Notes: a model not told the origin generated them from the sequence alone. 64,000 bases of DNA from Thermoanaerobaculia bacterium (GCA_963816185.1 CAWFJJ010000001.1:576001-640000), one strand, 5' to 3'. Shown: positions 37,067 through 48,073, counted from the stretch's first letter. Numbers and translations are program-made.

Positions 37067-37858
37067 TTGGTGGAAGGGTCGGCTCTCCGCGCTGCCGCGT
37101 TCCTGGCCGGTCTCCTCGGCCTGCGGGGGGCCGAAATGGTCGAACCGCACCATCCGCCGACCGCCCCTCTCCGCCTGCGCTGGGTCACGAACCTCAGTCT
37201 CGGCCTCGTGAACGGAATCCTCGTCTCGCTCCTCTGCGCGTCGTGCTTCGTCCTGACGGCCCAGGGCCGGCTCCCGGCGGCCTTCGCGCCGCTGCCGCGG
37301 CTCTCGTCGAAGATCTGGGTCCAGATCCTCGCCGGGGTCGTGTTCCTCGATCTCCTGACGTATGTTCTCCATCGCGCCTACCATCGCAGTCCATTCCTCT
37401 GGCGTTTCCACGTCGTGCATCACACCGATCTCGATCTCGACGTCTCCTCGGCGTCGCGCTTTCACACGGGAGAGGTGCTCTTCTCGTCCGTCGCGAAGCT
37501 CGGAGCCGTCACGCTCCTCGGCATTCCCCCGGCCGGGCTCGTCGTCTTCGAGGTCGTGATGCTCGCATGCGCCCAGTTCCAGCACGCGAACATCCGCATT
37601 CCGGCGGGTGTCGAGACGATCCTCTGGCGCACGCTCGTGCCGCCCGCGATGCACCGGATCCACCACGCCCCGAACCGCAAGGACACCGACTCGAACTTCG
37701 GGACGATTCTGACGCTCTGGGATTTTCTCCTCGGGACGTTCAATCGCCGCGCGGCCGACGAGCAGGTTTCGTTCGGCGTTCCCCAGATGCGCGATCCGAA
37801 GGTGATGTCCCTCGGCTCGCTCGCGGTCCTCCCGTTGCGGCGATCCGCCGAAAACTGA
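37067..37858 (+). CDS. Sterol desaturase/fatty acid hydroxylase family
   Basis: His boxes HRAYH, HVVHH, FQHAN and HRIHH. Confidence 0.85.
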   Translation: MVEGSALRAAAFLAGLLGLRGAEMVEPHHPPTAPLRLRWVTNLSLGLVNGILVSLLCASCFVLTAQGRLPAAFAPLPRLSSKIWVQILAGVVFLDLLTYVLHRAYHRSPFLWRFHVVHHTDLDLDVSSASRFHTGEVLFSSVAKLGAVTLLGIPPAGLVVFEVVMLACAQFQHANIRIPAGVETILWRTLVPPAMHRIHHAPNRKDTDSNFGTILTLWDFLLGTFNRRAADEQVSFGVPQMRDPKVMSLGSLAVLPLRRSAEN

Positions 37859-37861
37859 CAC

Positions 37862-38563
37862 TCAGTCCGCGAGAATCGCGGAAAGGCGGTCCACGACCTC
37901 GCGCCCCGCTTCCTTTTCGTAGGGCGCCGCGTAGAACTCCGCGAGATCGAGCGGCGAGTGCAGGGCGACGCGGCACTTTTTCAGCACCTTGCCCGGCACC
38001 TGCCTGTAGAGGAGGAGCTTGCGGAAGCCGTCGACGCGCACAGGGACCGCGACGGCCTTCGTTCGGTGGAGAAGCTGGGCGACGCCGGGCCTGAGCGGCG
38101 CGCCCTTCTGGGTCGTGCCGGCGGGAAAGTGGAGCAGCCATCCGTTCGCGATGGCCTCCTCGACCTTCGCGACGCCCTCGAAGTCGACCGTTCTCTTCAC
38201 GTCCTTCCCGCCCTCGCGAAAGCTGCGACGGAACGTGACGCCCCCCGCCTTCGTGAAGAGCTGGGTCAGGGGGTTCTGCTTCATCGTCTCCGTCGCGGCC
38301 GAGAAGCGCATGAACGGGTTCTCGAGAGGGAGGCCATGGCGGACGTACACGACGTCGAAGATCGCCATCGCCTCCATGAAGTACGTCTGGTGGTTCGAGA
38401 GGAACACGACGTTCTTTCGCGGGAGCTTGTCGATGATCGCGTCGCCCGTGACCTTCACGCGGTTCAGGAGCCGGAAATAGGGGATCGTGAAGCCGAGCCC
38501 GAGGCTCGTGATGATTCCGCGGCGAAGCCAGCGGTCGAGGAAGGTCTGTCCGAGAGAAGCCAA
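37862..38563 (-). CDS. Lysophospholipid acyltransferase family
   Basis: FLSNHQTYF and FPAGT. Confidence 0.75.
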   Translation of the reverse strand: MASLGQTFLDRWLRRGIITSLGLGFTIPYFRLLNRVKVTGDAIIDKLPRKNVVFLSNHQTYFMEAMAIFDVVYVRHGLPLENPFMRFSAATETMKQNPLTQLFTKAGGVTFRRSFREGGKDVKRTVDFEGVAKVEEAIANGWLLHFPAGTTQKGAPLRPGVAQLLHRTKAVAVPVRVDGFRKLLLYRQVPGKVLKKCRVALHSPLDLAEFYAAPYEKEAGREVVDRLSAILAD

Positions 38564-38592
38564 TCTGGGCGGATTCTAGGACGAGGCCGCGG

Positions 38593-39102
38593 TCACGCGC
38601 GGGCGGCCTGCTCGATTCCCCAGACGACGAGGTCCGTGGATTTCGGCGCGTGGCCGAGGCGCCTCACCATCGCGGAGATCTGGCCGCGATGGTACGTCTG
38701 GTGGTTCACGACGTGCCGGACGATCACCCAGAAGGGGGCCGTCCTCTCCTCGCCTTTCAGGTTCTTCCAGGCGAAAGGCCCGGCGAGGCGCTCGGGCGTG
38801 TACGTCGCGAGGAGCTTTCGGTGCTTCCCCTGCGCCGCGAAGAGGACGCGCGCCGCGTCCTCGAGGCCGGGAAGCTCGTCGACGGTCGGAAGGCGCATCG
38901 CGTCCCGGCCGGAGAAGCGCTCGGCCCAGGCGTCCGTGGCGCCCGCAATGTGGACGAAGGTGGCCCTCGGCGAAGGCCAGCCGCCGCCCTGCTCCTTGAC
39001 GTACTCGGCCTCGGAAAGCGCGCGCAGCGTCTCGAGGACCCGTGCGTTCGCCCACTCGTTGAAGGCGTAGAAAGAATGAAGGTCGTCAGGCGGGAAGCTC
39101 AT
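38593..39102 (-). CDS. DinB family protein
   Basis: FNEWAN, HIAGA and HVVNHQTYHRGQ. Confidence 0.85.
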   Translation of the reverse strand: MSFPPDDLHSFYAFNEWANARVLETLRALSEAEYVKEQGGGWPSPRATFVHIAGATDAWAERFSGRDAMRLPTVDELPGLEDAARVLFAAQGKHRKLLATYTPERLAGPFAWKNLKGEERTAPFWVIVRHVVNHQTYHRGQISAMVRRLGHAPKSTDLVVWGIEQAARA

Positions 39103-40091
39103 TTCGCGGAATCCTCGACAATCGTGTTCGTGAGAGTCCCGAGCCCGTCGATCGTGAGGCTCACGACGTCGCCGGGCTTCAGCCACTGGTCATGCGTAAT
39201 CCCCGAGCCGTTCAGCTCCAGGAAGCAGCCGGTTCCGACGGTGCCCGAGCCGATGACCTCTCCGGGCTCGAGTGTCACGCCGTCGGCCGCGCGCTGGATG
39301 ATCTCGGCGAAGGTCCAGCTCATAAGCGATACGTCGCCGTTCGAGACGGGAACGTGATTGACCGTCGCCGACATCCGCGCGTGAAGGATGTTTCCCTTCG
39401 GCGAAGGCTTCAGCCTCTCCACGAGCTCGTCCTTCGTGACGAGCCACGGGCCGAGCCCCGTCGCGAAGTCCTTGCCTTTCGCCGGCCCGAGATTCAGCTT
39501 CATCTCCTCCGCCTGGAGCGCGCGAGCGGAAAAGTCGTTCAGGACGCCGTAGCCGAAGATCGCGTCGTCGGCTTCGGCGATGGTGGGGTTCGTGATCCTC
39601 TTTCCGATCACGCAGAACGCCTCGAGCTCGAAGTCGAGCTTCTCGAGCCGGCTGCGGCCCACGCGCAGCTCGCCGGGACCGATGATCGCGAGCGCGTTCG
39701 AGAAGTAGAAGACGGGAAACGCGTCGAACTCGGGGATCATCCCGAGGCCGCGGTTCCGGCGCGCCGTCTCGACGTGCTGGCGGAACGCGTAGCCGTCGCG
39801 GATCGAGACCGGGCGCGGCAGCGGCGCGAGCAGAGTGACGGCCTGCTCGGAGTGAAAGGCCTCACGCGGCAGCTCGGAAGCCATCCCGAAGAGGGCCTTC
39901 GCCTTCGGTACGAGGTCGTCGGCGCGCTCGACGAGGTCGAGCATCCCGACCTTCGCGAACCGCGCGTCCGCCCGGGCAAAGTCGAGAATCCGGTCCTCTC
40001 CGACGACCGCCCCGAGGCGCGGCCTCGGACGCGTGAAGACGCCCGAAGAGGTGACGTCGCCTTCGGAGGGAAGGAACGAGACGAGTCTCAT
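39099..40091 (-). CDS. Fumarylacetoacetate hydrolase family protein
   Basis: LDFELE, NDFSAR, GPAKGKDF and IGSGTVG. Confidence 0.9.
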   Translation of the reverse strand: MRLVSFLPSEGDVTSSGVFTRPRPRLGAVVGEDRILDFARADARFAKVGMLDLVERADDLVPKAKALFGMASELPREAFHSEQAVTLLAPLPRPVSIRDGYAFRQHVETARRNRGLGMIPEFDAFPVFYFSNALAIIGPGELRVGRSRLEKLDFELEAFCVIGKRITNPTIAEADDAIFGYGVLNDFSARALQAEEMKLNLGPAKGKDFATGLGPWLVTKDELVERLKPSPKGNILHARMSATVNHVPVSNGDVSLMSWTFAEIIQRAADGVTLEPGEVIGSGTVGTGCFLELNGSGITHDQWLKPGDVVSLTIDGLGTLTNTIVEDSAK

Positions 40092-40144
40092 CTGCGGGGA
40101 GTTTATCGCCGCCGCCTGACCGGCCGCCGTAAGCTCGAAGGGTC

Positions 40145-40816
40145 ATGCCCCGGCCTTTCGGTCGCGATCGCCTCGCCGGCGTCAAGGATGGGAAGCTGCT
40201 TCTCTCGTGCGAGGAATCGAAGGGGTGGCGGGCGCGAAGGAATGCCGCGGCGACGTCCGCCGAGCACCCGGGCACCTGCGTGCGCTGGGAGGGCGAGCTC
40301 TTCGAAGTGGAGGGCTTCGAGTCCCGCGGCGACGGCAGCGTGACCTATACGCTCGGTCCGTGGGACGAGCGCCACGCGATTCGCGTCGTCGCGACGTACA
40401 GCCCCGAGTCAGAGGCCGTGCGATCGGCCGAAGCGCGTGACGCACGCAGCCGCGTCGAAGGCCACACGCTCGTTCTCCTTCTCGCTCCCGCGCTCGGATG
40501 CCTTCCCGCCCGTGTTCAGCAGCGCCTCGAGAACGAATACAACGTCAACGCGTCGTGGATGTCGCTCGCTTCGGCGCTCCCGCTCTTCATGTTCGGGGCG
40601 TTCTGTTTCATCGTGGCGCTTGCCTCGGCACTGGGAGGGCCGCGAGTTCTGCCGGACGGGGTCCTTGTCGTTGGGCAGTACCTCTGGGTCGAGTCCACCG
40701 TGCGTATCGTGATCGCCTCCAGGCAGGGCCGCGGCATAGGCAACGTCGCCGGAACCGTGTTCTACGAGACCTGGCTCCTTGCCCGCCGGCTCAGTCCTTC
40801 GCCTTGCGGGCGGTGA
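40145..40816 (+). CDS. Hypothetical membrane protein
   Basis: ORF fills the gap and has C-terminal hydrophobic segments. Confidence 0.55.
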   Translation: MPRPFGRDRLAGVKDGKLLLSCEESKGWRARRNAAATSAEHPGTCVRWEGELFEVEGFESRGDGSVTYTLGPWDERHAIRVVATYSPESEAVRSAEARDARSRVEGHTLVLLLAPALGCLPARVQQRLENEYNVNASWMSLASALPLFMFGAFCFIVALASALGGPRVLPDGVLVVGQYLWVESTVRIVIASRQGRGIGNVAGTVFYETWLLARRLSPSPCGR

Positions 40817-41534
40817 CGATGCGCGCCGGCGGGAAAGTCTCGAAGAGCGAAAGACGAGACCGCTCGACCGTGAAGTCGGCCTCGCGAAACGCCTTTGCAT
40901 AGAGTCCCGTCTGGCGGAAGTCGGAGACGAGGGCCACGCCTCCCGGGATGAGGACGCGCCCGATCTCGCGGCACGCTTCCGCGCGGCCACGGGCGCCGGG
41001 GATGTTGTGGAGGCAGAGGCTCGAGAGCACGACGTCGAAAGATGCATCGGGAAACGGCATCCTGCGGGCGTCCGCGCTGCGGACCTCGACGCGCTCGGCG
41101 ACGCCCTCGGCCTCCGCGTTCGCAAGGAACGCATCCGCGGAGTTCGCGGAGAGATCCGATGCGCTCCAGACGTCGAGTCCGATGGCGCGCCCCGACGTGA
41201 GCCTTTTCGCCGCTCCGATCGCGAGCAGCCCGCGTCCGGTTCCCACGTCGAGGACGTTCTCGGTCCCCGTCCACGGGATCATCGCGAGCATCCGGTCGCG
41301 ATGCCGGAGCTTGCCGACCTCTGAAGACAGGATCATGAGCGCGCCTTCGAGCAGGCAGACGACGGCGACCGCCACGAACAGTCCCCTGACGCCCATCGAC
41401 ACGGTGGTGCCGAGGAGCGTGAAGGGTCCGATGCGCGCCGGTCCGAGAACCGCCGCCAGGAGCAGGACCCCGCCGAGAACGAAGAGATTCCGGACGACGC
41501 CCGGGGCGTCGATCCCGTAGTCCGCATCGTGCAT
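40791..41534 (-). CDS. Membrane-anchored class I SAM methyltransferase
   Basis: YGIDAP, VLDVGTGRG and MPFPDASFDVV. Confidence 0.85.
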   Translation of the reverse strand: MHDADYGIDAPGVVRNLFVLGGVLLLAAVLGPARIGPFTLLGTTVSMGVRGLFVAVAVVCLLEGALMILSSEVGKLRHRDRMLAMIPWTGTENVLDVGTGRGLLAIGAAKRLTSGRAIGLDVWSASDLSANSADAFLANAEAEGVAERVEVRSADARRMPFPDASFDVVLSSLCLHNIPGARGRAEACREIGRVLIPGGVALVSDFRQTGLYAKAFREADFTVERSRLSLFETFPPARIVTARKAKD

Positions 41535-41551
41535 GGTGAGATGCTACGACG

Positions 41552-43860
41552 ATGGCGAACCGGCTCGCGCATGAATCGTCCCCCTATCTCCGCCAGCACG
41601 CGCACAACCCGGTGGACTGGTACCCGTGGGGCGACGAGGCGTTCGAGAAGGCGCGGCGCGGGGACCGGCCCGTCTTCCTCTCGATCGGCTATTCCTCCTG
41701 CCACTGGTGCCACGTCATGGAGCACGAGTCTTTCGAGGACGAGGAGATCGCGCGCTTCCTGAACGAGCACTGGGTCAGCATCAAGGTCGACCGCGAGGAG
41801 CGGCCCGACGTCGACGACGTCTACATGACCGCCGTCCAGCTCATGACGGGCCGCGGAGGCTGGCCGCTGTCCGCGTTCCTTCTTCCCGACAAGAAGCCGT
41901 TCTTTTGCGGAACGTATTTCCCGCCCGACGACCGGCGCGGCCATCCGGGTTTCCTCACGGTCCTGAAACGGCTGGAAGCCGCGTGGCGCGAGAGGCGCGC
42001 CGACCTCGAGAGCGGCGCCGCCGAGCTCGCCGCCGAACTCGCCGCGGCGTCCGGCGTCGCGGCCCGCGGCGCGCCGGAGCCCCTTTCGTCCGACCTGCTC
42101 GGCCTCCTGGGAGCCGCCCTGACCCGGAACTTCGACGCCGCCCACGGCGGCTTCGGCGACGCGCCGAAGTTTCCGCCGCACCTCGCGCTCGCGTGGCTTC
42201 TCCGCAGGGGGGGAGCGGAGACGCCACGGCGCTCGCGATGGCGCAGGCAACGCTCGACGCGATGGCGTCTGGCGGCATTTGCGACCAGCTCGGCGGCGGC
42301 TTTCACCGGTATTCCACGAACGCCGAGTGGCTCCTTCCGCACTTCGAGAAGATGCTCACCGACAACGCGCAGCTCCTCGGGGTCTACGCGCGCGCGTACG
42401 CGATCACGGGCGACGAGACGTACGCCCGGGTCGCGCGCAGCACCGGCGACTACCTCTTGCGCGAGATGCGGGGGCCGGAGGGCGGCTTCTACGCCGGGAC
42501 GGACGCGGATTCCGAGGGAGAAGAAGGGAAATTCTTTGTTTGGGACCCGAGCGAAATCCGTGAGGTCCTCGGGAAGGACGAGGGAGAATATTTCTGCGAA
42601 TGGTATGGGGTTCGGGAAGGCGGCAACTTCAGCGAGGAGGCTTCCGGCAGCCGCACCGGCGCCAGCATTCTTCACCTTTCTAAGAAGATCTCCTCTTCCC
42701 CGGGTGCGGAAGCTCGGCTCGCGCCGCTTCGGCAACGGCTTCTCGAGGCGCGCAGCAAACGGGTCCCTCCCGCCCTCGACGACAAGCGCGTCGCGGGGTG
42801 GAACGCGCTCGCGGTCTCGGGCTTCGCGGTCGCGTCAAGCGCGCTTTCCGAGCCGCGTTATCTCGAGGCCGCGCGCAAAGGCGCGCGCTTTCTGCTCGAT
42901 TTCTGCCGCGACTCGAGAGGACGGCTCCAGCGCACGTGGAAGGACGGCGTCGCGAAGATCCCCTCGTTCCTCGAGGACGAGGCCTTTCTCGCGCACGCGT
43001 TCCTCGATCTCGAGGAGGCGGACGGAGACGGCGCCGGCGGGTGGCGGGACGAGGCCGCCGCTGCAGTCGCCTCGATGCGCGCGCGATTTCGGAGGAAAGA
43101 CGGCCCCGGCTTCGCGTTTTCCGGAGACGGAAACGAAACGCTGCTCGTGAACGGGCGGGACCTCTTTGACAAGGCCACTCCCTCGGCCTCCGGCGCCGCC
43201 GCATGGGCTCTCGCGCGCTTCGCGCGGAAGACCGGCGACCGCGAGCTCGCCCGCGAAGCCCGCGACGCCGTCGAGGAGGTGTCGTGGCTCATGACGCGCT
43301 CGCCGCACGGCACGGAGTCGTGGTTCTTCGCCCTCGAGGAGCTCCTCGAGTTCGAGGACGAGTACGGATTGCTCCCTCTCGCGGACGCCGCCGAAGCGCG
43401 ACGACCTGCAGTAGGGCAGGGCACCGGAGATTTTTCTTCGAAGGTGAGTGGGATTTCGGCTGACGACTCGCCGGTGCGCGTCGAGGGAGTGGCCGTCGAG
43501 AGGAAGATCGTGCGCGGAGGCAAAGGCGCGCTCATTCTCAGAATCTCGGTCTCCGAGGGTTGGTACCTGCAAGGACCCGATGGTTTACGCGTCGAAACTC
43601 AGGGAGTCAGAGGGTCCGAATCCGAATTCACCTTCGAAGAGATTTCTCTACCCGCGCCTTCGCGCCTGCCCGGCTCGACGCGAGACGACGAAGCGGGCTG
43701 GTTCGGGACCCTCGAAGCAAATCTCTCTTTCTCCGTCTCCCGAAAGGCGGCGAAGGGAAAGAGAGAGGTGTCCGTCCGCGTGGCCTATCGGGCCTGCGGC
43801 GAAGGCGCGTGCCGGCCCGAGCAGGTCTTGTCGTTGACCGTGCCGATCGAGGTCGTCTGA
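41552..43860 (+). CDS. YyaL/SSP411 thioredoxin-domain glycoside-hydrolase-like protein with C-terminal DsbD-like domain (frameshift in G-run near 42210)
   Basis: [50 protein letters not shown], and C-terminal YRAC...C. Confidence 0.85.
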
Positions 43861-43900
43861 CGCCCGCGAACGATTCGTGCGTCGGGCGGGTGTCGTCTCG

Positions 43901-44383
43901 TCAGGAGCGCGGCCGGCCTCCCAGCAGCTTCCCCGCCATGACGAGCTGCCCGACGTGATAGGCGTTGTGGTCGAGGACGAGAAGGATCGACCTGAGGTAC
44001 GACTTTCCACGCGCATGTGGGATCGCCGCCGTCAGATCCGGCACGCGCGCGAGGAAGTCCTCGAGCGACTTCCTGTCCGCGGCAACATCCTCGACGCTCT
44101 TTTTCCAGCTCGAGACCGAGGGCGGCGCCGGCCCCTTCGGCCAGTAGTCGTCCGGCCAGGCCCCGGCGACGTAATCAGGTTTCGTGCAGAACTCGAGGAG
44201 ATCGCGCTGCGCGAGCCGGATGTGCTCCAGGAGCTCCCACGGCGAGTGGTCGAAGCCGTGCGGCCTCTTGCCGCGGAATCGCGCGGGGATCCTCGCGACG
44301 GCATCCTCGAACGTCAGGCGGGCTTCCCCCCAGCCGAGCGCGCGGGACAGGTGCTGCCGGAGCGCGTCGTCGTTTGCGGTCAT
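43901..44383 (-). CDS. DinB family protein
   Basis: SPWELLEHIR and DHNAYHVGQ. Confidence 0.85.
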   Translation of the reverse strand: MTANDDALRQHLSRALGWGEARLTFEDAVARIPARFRGKRPHGFDHSPWELLEHIRLAQRDLLEFCTKPDYVAGAWPDDYWPKGPAPPSVSSWKKSVEDVAADRKSLEDFLARVPDLTAAIPHARGKSYLRSILLVLDHNAYHVGQLVMAGKLLGGRPRS

Positions 44384-44393
44384 GGGACCTCCG

Positions 44394-45038
44394 TCATTTC
44401 CGGAGCAGCTTGAACGCGTGGTTGAAGGAGCCCGAGAGGATTCCGACCTTCACCCACAGGATGCACATCGGCTCGAGAAGGCGGGCGCCTTCGAGCCCGC
44501 CGAGGTCGATGGCGTTCCAGCCGAACGCGCGGCAGATGTCTGCGGCGGTCTTCCGCGCCGCCTCGTCGTTCCCGCAGAGGAACATGTCGGGCGGCCCGCC
44601 CGGGAATTTCGGATCGACCATGTGCGCGTTCCCGACGGTGTTGAAGACCTTCACGACGCGCGCGCCCGGCAGCCAGCGCTGGATCTGCTCGCCGCCCGAG
44701 TCCGTGTGGCCCACGGCGAGCTTCGGGGGCTGATTCGGCTCGAAGAGGAGCGGGTTCGTCACGTCGAGGACCACCTTGCCCTTGAAGTTCTCGGCTCCCG
44801 CGAGGCGGAGCGCGCTTTCGGTCCCGCTCCAGAGCGTCGCGACGACGACGATCTCGCCGAAGGACACCGCGTCGCGGAACGTCCCGGCGGAGCCCTTCCC
44901 CCCGTGCTTCGCGGCCCACTTCGTGATCTTTTCGTTCGTGGCTTCCCGCGCGCCGAGCTTCACGTCGTGTCCGCGCGAGACGAACCCGTTTCCGAGCGCC
45001 TGGCCGACTTCACCGCTTCCGAGAATTCCGACCTTCAT
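44394..45038 (-). CDS. NADP oxidoreductase, F420-dependent (FNO-like) family
   Basis: GILGSGEVG, DVTNPL, SGGE, VVKVFNT and IDLGGL. Confidence 0.85.
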   Translation of the reverse strand: MKVGILGSGEVGQALGNGFVSRGHDVKLGAREATNEKITKWAAKHGGKGSAGTFRDAVSFGEIVVVATLWSGTESALRLAGAENFKGKVVLDVTNPLLFEPNQPPKLAVGHTDSGGEQIQRWLPGARVVKVFNTVGNAHMVDPKFPGGPPDMFLCGNDEAARKTAADICRAFGWNAIDLGGLEGARLLEPMCILWVKVGILSGSFNHAFKLLRK

Positions 45039-45096
45039 GACGGGTCCTCCGCCCGCCGCAAACGCGAGCGGCTGGTCGGAAAATTCCCCCCCTCCC

Positions 45097-45531
45097 TCAG
45101 CCCGCGACGCCGTCGTACCCGAGGTAGGCCTCGAGGGCGTTCACCTCGTGCTCGAGGTCGGCGATCCGCTCCTCCATGACGCCGCGCAGGGAGACCATGC
45201 CGACGACCCTCCGCTCCTCGTTCAGGATCGGGAGGTGGCGGATGTGATGCTCGGTCATCTTGTCGGCCGCTTCGGCGTCCTCGCCGCTCCCGGGGGCCGT
45301 GACGACCGGCGACGTCATGACGGCCGAGACGGGCGTCCGTGCCGGGTCGCGCTTCGCGAGGACGATCTTGTCGAGAACGTCGCGCTCCGAGAAGATCCCC
45401 ACCATCTCGTTTCCCCTGAGGACGATCACGGCGCCGATCTGCTCTTTGACCATGATCCTGACGGCGGCTTCGACGGTCGCGGTCTCCTGGACGCTGACGG
45501 CGGGTCGGGACGAGTTCCTGAGAAGCTTCAT
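45097..45531 (-). CDS. CBS domain protein
   Basis: GIFSERD, VMT and HIRHLP. Confidence 0.85.
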   Translation of the reverse strand: MKLLRNSSRPAVSVQETATVEAAVRIMVKEQIGAVIVLRGNEMVGIFSERDVLDKIVLAKRDPARTPVSAVMTSPVVTAPGSGEDAEAADKMTEHHIRHLPILNEERRVVGMVSLRGVMEERIADLEHEVNALEAYLGYDGVAG

Positions 45532-45624
45532 GACGGACTCCTCTCGCAGGCTCGCGCCTGACGTCAATCTGGGAGCCCCTCGAGAGGCCCGCCATGATGC
45601 ACGTGGCTCACGAAGGAGACTTTT

Positions 45625-46416
45625 TCAGCGGCGATAGCCGCCCGGCTTCCTGTCGTTCAGCACCGGGAACTTCGCGCGTGCGTCGGCCACCGCCGCGGGA
45701 TCGACGTCTACGAGGAGGACGGTCTCGATCTCGGCGGCGCTCGCGAGCGTCTCGCCCCACGGCGAGATCACGGCCGAGTCGCCCGCGTGATGGAAGCCCT
45801 TGCCGTCGTCGCCCACGCGGTTGACGCCGACGACATAGCAGAGGTTCTCGATCGCGCGCGCTTTCAAAAGGAGCTGCCAGTGCGCGCGCCTCCGCTCGGG
45901 CCAGTTCGCGACGACCGCGAAGAGGTCGGTTCCGTCCGCGGCGAGGCGGAAGGGCTCCGGGAAGCGAAGGTCGTAGCAGATCTGCGGCGTCACGCGCACG
46001 CCCTCGATCGTCCACGTCACGACGCTCTCGCCGGCCGCGAATTTCCCGCTCTCTCCCGCGAACGAAAAGGGATGGAGCTTCGTGTAGCGCGCGACGCCGC
46101 CGTCGGGCGAGACCCAGAGGGCATTGTTTCGCGGCAGCGCCGACGGCGCCCCGGAGGCATCGCACGTCTCGGCGAGGCCCGCGATCAGTTGCAGCCCGAG
46201 CCCGCGCGCGATCCCGCGCAGCCACTGCTCGCTCGGGCCTCCGGGCGGCTGGGCGATCTTCGCGCCGTCCATCGAGAAGCCCGTCGCGAACATCTCCGGC
46301 AGGAGGGCGAGGTTCGCGCCGGAGTCGACCGCGCGCTTGAGCAGCTTCGCGGCGCGGGCGTGGTTCGCCTGCCAGTCTTCCCACGCGAGATCCATCTGCA
46401 GCAACGCGACGCGCAC
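45625..46416 (-). CDS. Carbon-nitrogen hydrolase (nitrilase/omega-amidase family)
   Basis: LPEMFATGF, YTKLH, ICYDLRFPE and ARAIEN. Confidence 0.9.
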   Translation of the reverse strand: MRVALLQMDLAWEDWQANHARAAKLLKRAVDSGANLALLPEMFATGFSMDGAKIAQPPGGPSEQWLRGIARGLGLQLIAGLAETCDASGAPSALPRNNALWVSPDGGVARYTKLHPFSFAGESGKFAAGESVVTWTIEGVRVTPQICYDLRFPEPFRLAADGTDLFAVVANWPERRRAHWQLLLKARAIENLCYVVGVNRVGDDGKGFHHAGDSAVISPWGETLASAAEIETVLLVDVDPAAVADARAKFPVLNDRKPGGYRR

Positions 46417-46423
46417 GGCGGGA

Positions 46424-47221
46424 TTATGGACGCGGCTCGAGGAGGCGTCCCAGCGCTCTCAGGAAGGTCTCCTGTCCCTCCCGGAAACGAGGGTCGGAAG
46501 GCGAAAGCCCAGTGACGAGCAGCGTCATCTGGGGGAGCGCGGCCGGCATCATCGTCAGCGAGACGAGGGCGAGCTGGAGGTAGCGCGGATCGAGACCCGG
46601 CCGGATCCGGCCGAGGCGCTGCATCTCGTCGAGCGAGTCGACGGCCATGCGCCAGAGGGCGCGCCTCTCGTCGGCGCCGGCGAGCCGGCCGGCCGGCGGG
46701 TCGAGCGCCTCCCAGAGCGTCGCGCGCATCCATCTCGGCCGCTCGAGGAGGAAGCGCTGCCAGAAGACGAGCGCCTCCGACAGATCCGCCGGAGTCGCGT
46801 TCCCGGCCGCCCGCAGTGTCCGGGCGTTCGCAACGAAGACTTCCCTCACGAGGTTCTCCCGGGTTTCGAACGCGGCGTGGATGGTCCTCGGGTGCACGCC
46901 CGCGCGGCGCGCGATCCGTGCGAGGCGGGCGCCCGACGGGCCGTGGGCGCTCACTTCGCGCGCCGCCGCGGAGAGGATGCGCCGTCGCGTGCGTGCTGCA
47001 TCGCGCCCGGGAGATCCAGCGGGGTCGGGGCGTTCGGTGGCACCGTCTGCCCAGCGCGCGCGGGCGGCGTGCCGGGCGATCTCGCTCCGCTCATGCGCCG
47101 AGAGGCTTGCGGCGCGCGCTTTGCCGCCTCGCAGGCCGCCGCGGCGTCCGAGGAGCGCCGCCGCCGCGGAGGCGGGGCCATTCCGTGAGCGGTCAAGCAT
47201 GGCATCCGATTCCTCATTCAT
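46424..47221 (-). CDS. TetR family regulator with N-terminal basic GGxxGGKAR module
   Basis: LGRRGGLRGGKARAASLS...RSEIARHAARARW followed by TRRRILSAA...IARRAGV. The start is uncertain. Confidence 0.7.
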   Translation of the reverse strand: MNEESDAMLDRSRNGPASAAAALLGRRGGLRGGKARAASLSAHERSEIARHAARARWADGATERPDPAGSPGRDAARTRRRILSAAAREVSAHGPSGARLARIARRAGVHPRTIHAAFETRENLVREVFVANARTLRAAGNATPADLSEALVFWQRFLLERPRWMRATLWEALDPPAGRLAGADERRALWRMAVDSLDEMQRLGRIRPGLDPRYLQLALVSLTMMPAALPQMTLLVTGLSPSDPRFREGQETFLRALGRLLEPRP

Positions 47222-47317
47222 CTTGCGGCTCAACGGTTTGGGGTCCCTTCGTCCCGGATAGGCTGCGTCGCGGTCGCGGACATTGTGCGCCCGATCGGGC
47301 GCCGCCATGTTGGCTCC

Positions 47318-48016
47318 ATGACGCACACTCCTGCTCCAGCGCCAACCCTCCTCGCCTCCCGCCGCCACACGGTGGTCTTCCTCGTGATCCTCGGGGCCGT
47401 CGCGGCATGGGGCGCCGTGTCCCAGCAGCGGTTCGGCGGCGGCGCCGCGGCGCTGTTGCCGGCGGCGAAATGGGCGACCTATGTCTCGGTCATAGTGGTG
47501 CAGCTCCTCCTCGTGAGGTATGTCGTCGTCGGGATCAGGAGGAACGGACGGACGCTGCGCGACCTCCTCGGAGACCTCTCTCCGACGCCGCGCCGCGTCC
47601 TGACCGACTTCCTCCTGGCGATCGGCTTTCTGGCCGCGGCGCGCGTTCTTTCCCTGCTTCCCGGCGCCGCGCCGGGCATCCGCGACGACGTCGCACGCGT
47701 GATCGGCCCGTCGGGTCCGGCACAGATCGCGGCATGGATTCTGGTGTGCGCCGCCGCGGGTGCGGGAGAGGAGATCTCGTTCCGAGGCTACTTGCAGGGG
47801 CAGTTCGCGCGCATGACGTCGTCGGTGCCCGCTGCCCTCCTCCTCCAGGCCGCGGTGTTCGCGGTCGTCCACGCGTATCAGGGTTGGGGACCTGCGCTCC
47901 TCGCGGGCGCATACGGGCTTGCGTTCGGCGCCCTCGCCGCCGCACGGAAGAGCCTGCGTCCCGGAATCCTCGCGCACGCGCTCGTGGACGTCGTCGGCGG
48001 GATCTTCACGAGCTGA
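47318..48016 (+). CDS. CPBP (CAAX) intramembrane protease
   Basis: GEEISFRGYL, FAVVH and ILAH. Confidence 0.85.
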   Translation: MTHTPAPAPTLLASRRHTVVFLVILGAVAAWGAVSQQRFGGGAAALLPAAKWATYVSVIVVQLLLVRYVVVGIRRNGRTLRDLLGDLSPTPRRVLTDFLLAIGFLAAARVLSLLPGAAPGIRDDVARVIGPSGPAQIAAWILVCAAAGAGEEISFRGYLQGQFARMTSSVPAALLLQAAVFAVVHAYQGWGPALLAGAYGLAFGALAAARKSLRPGILAHALVDVVGGIFTS

Positions 48017-48073
48017 CGGGCGCGCCGCTCGAGAGACGCGCCGGTATGATCCCGCCCTCAGCGAGGAGATCGA

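Noticed and set aside
42200-42220. G-run frameshift in the YyaL-like gene as phase variation
   Set aside because: Similar single indels occur in leuC, the desulfurase-like gene and the dienelactone hydrolase, so error is more likely.
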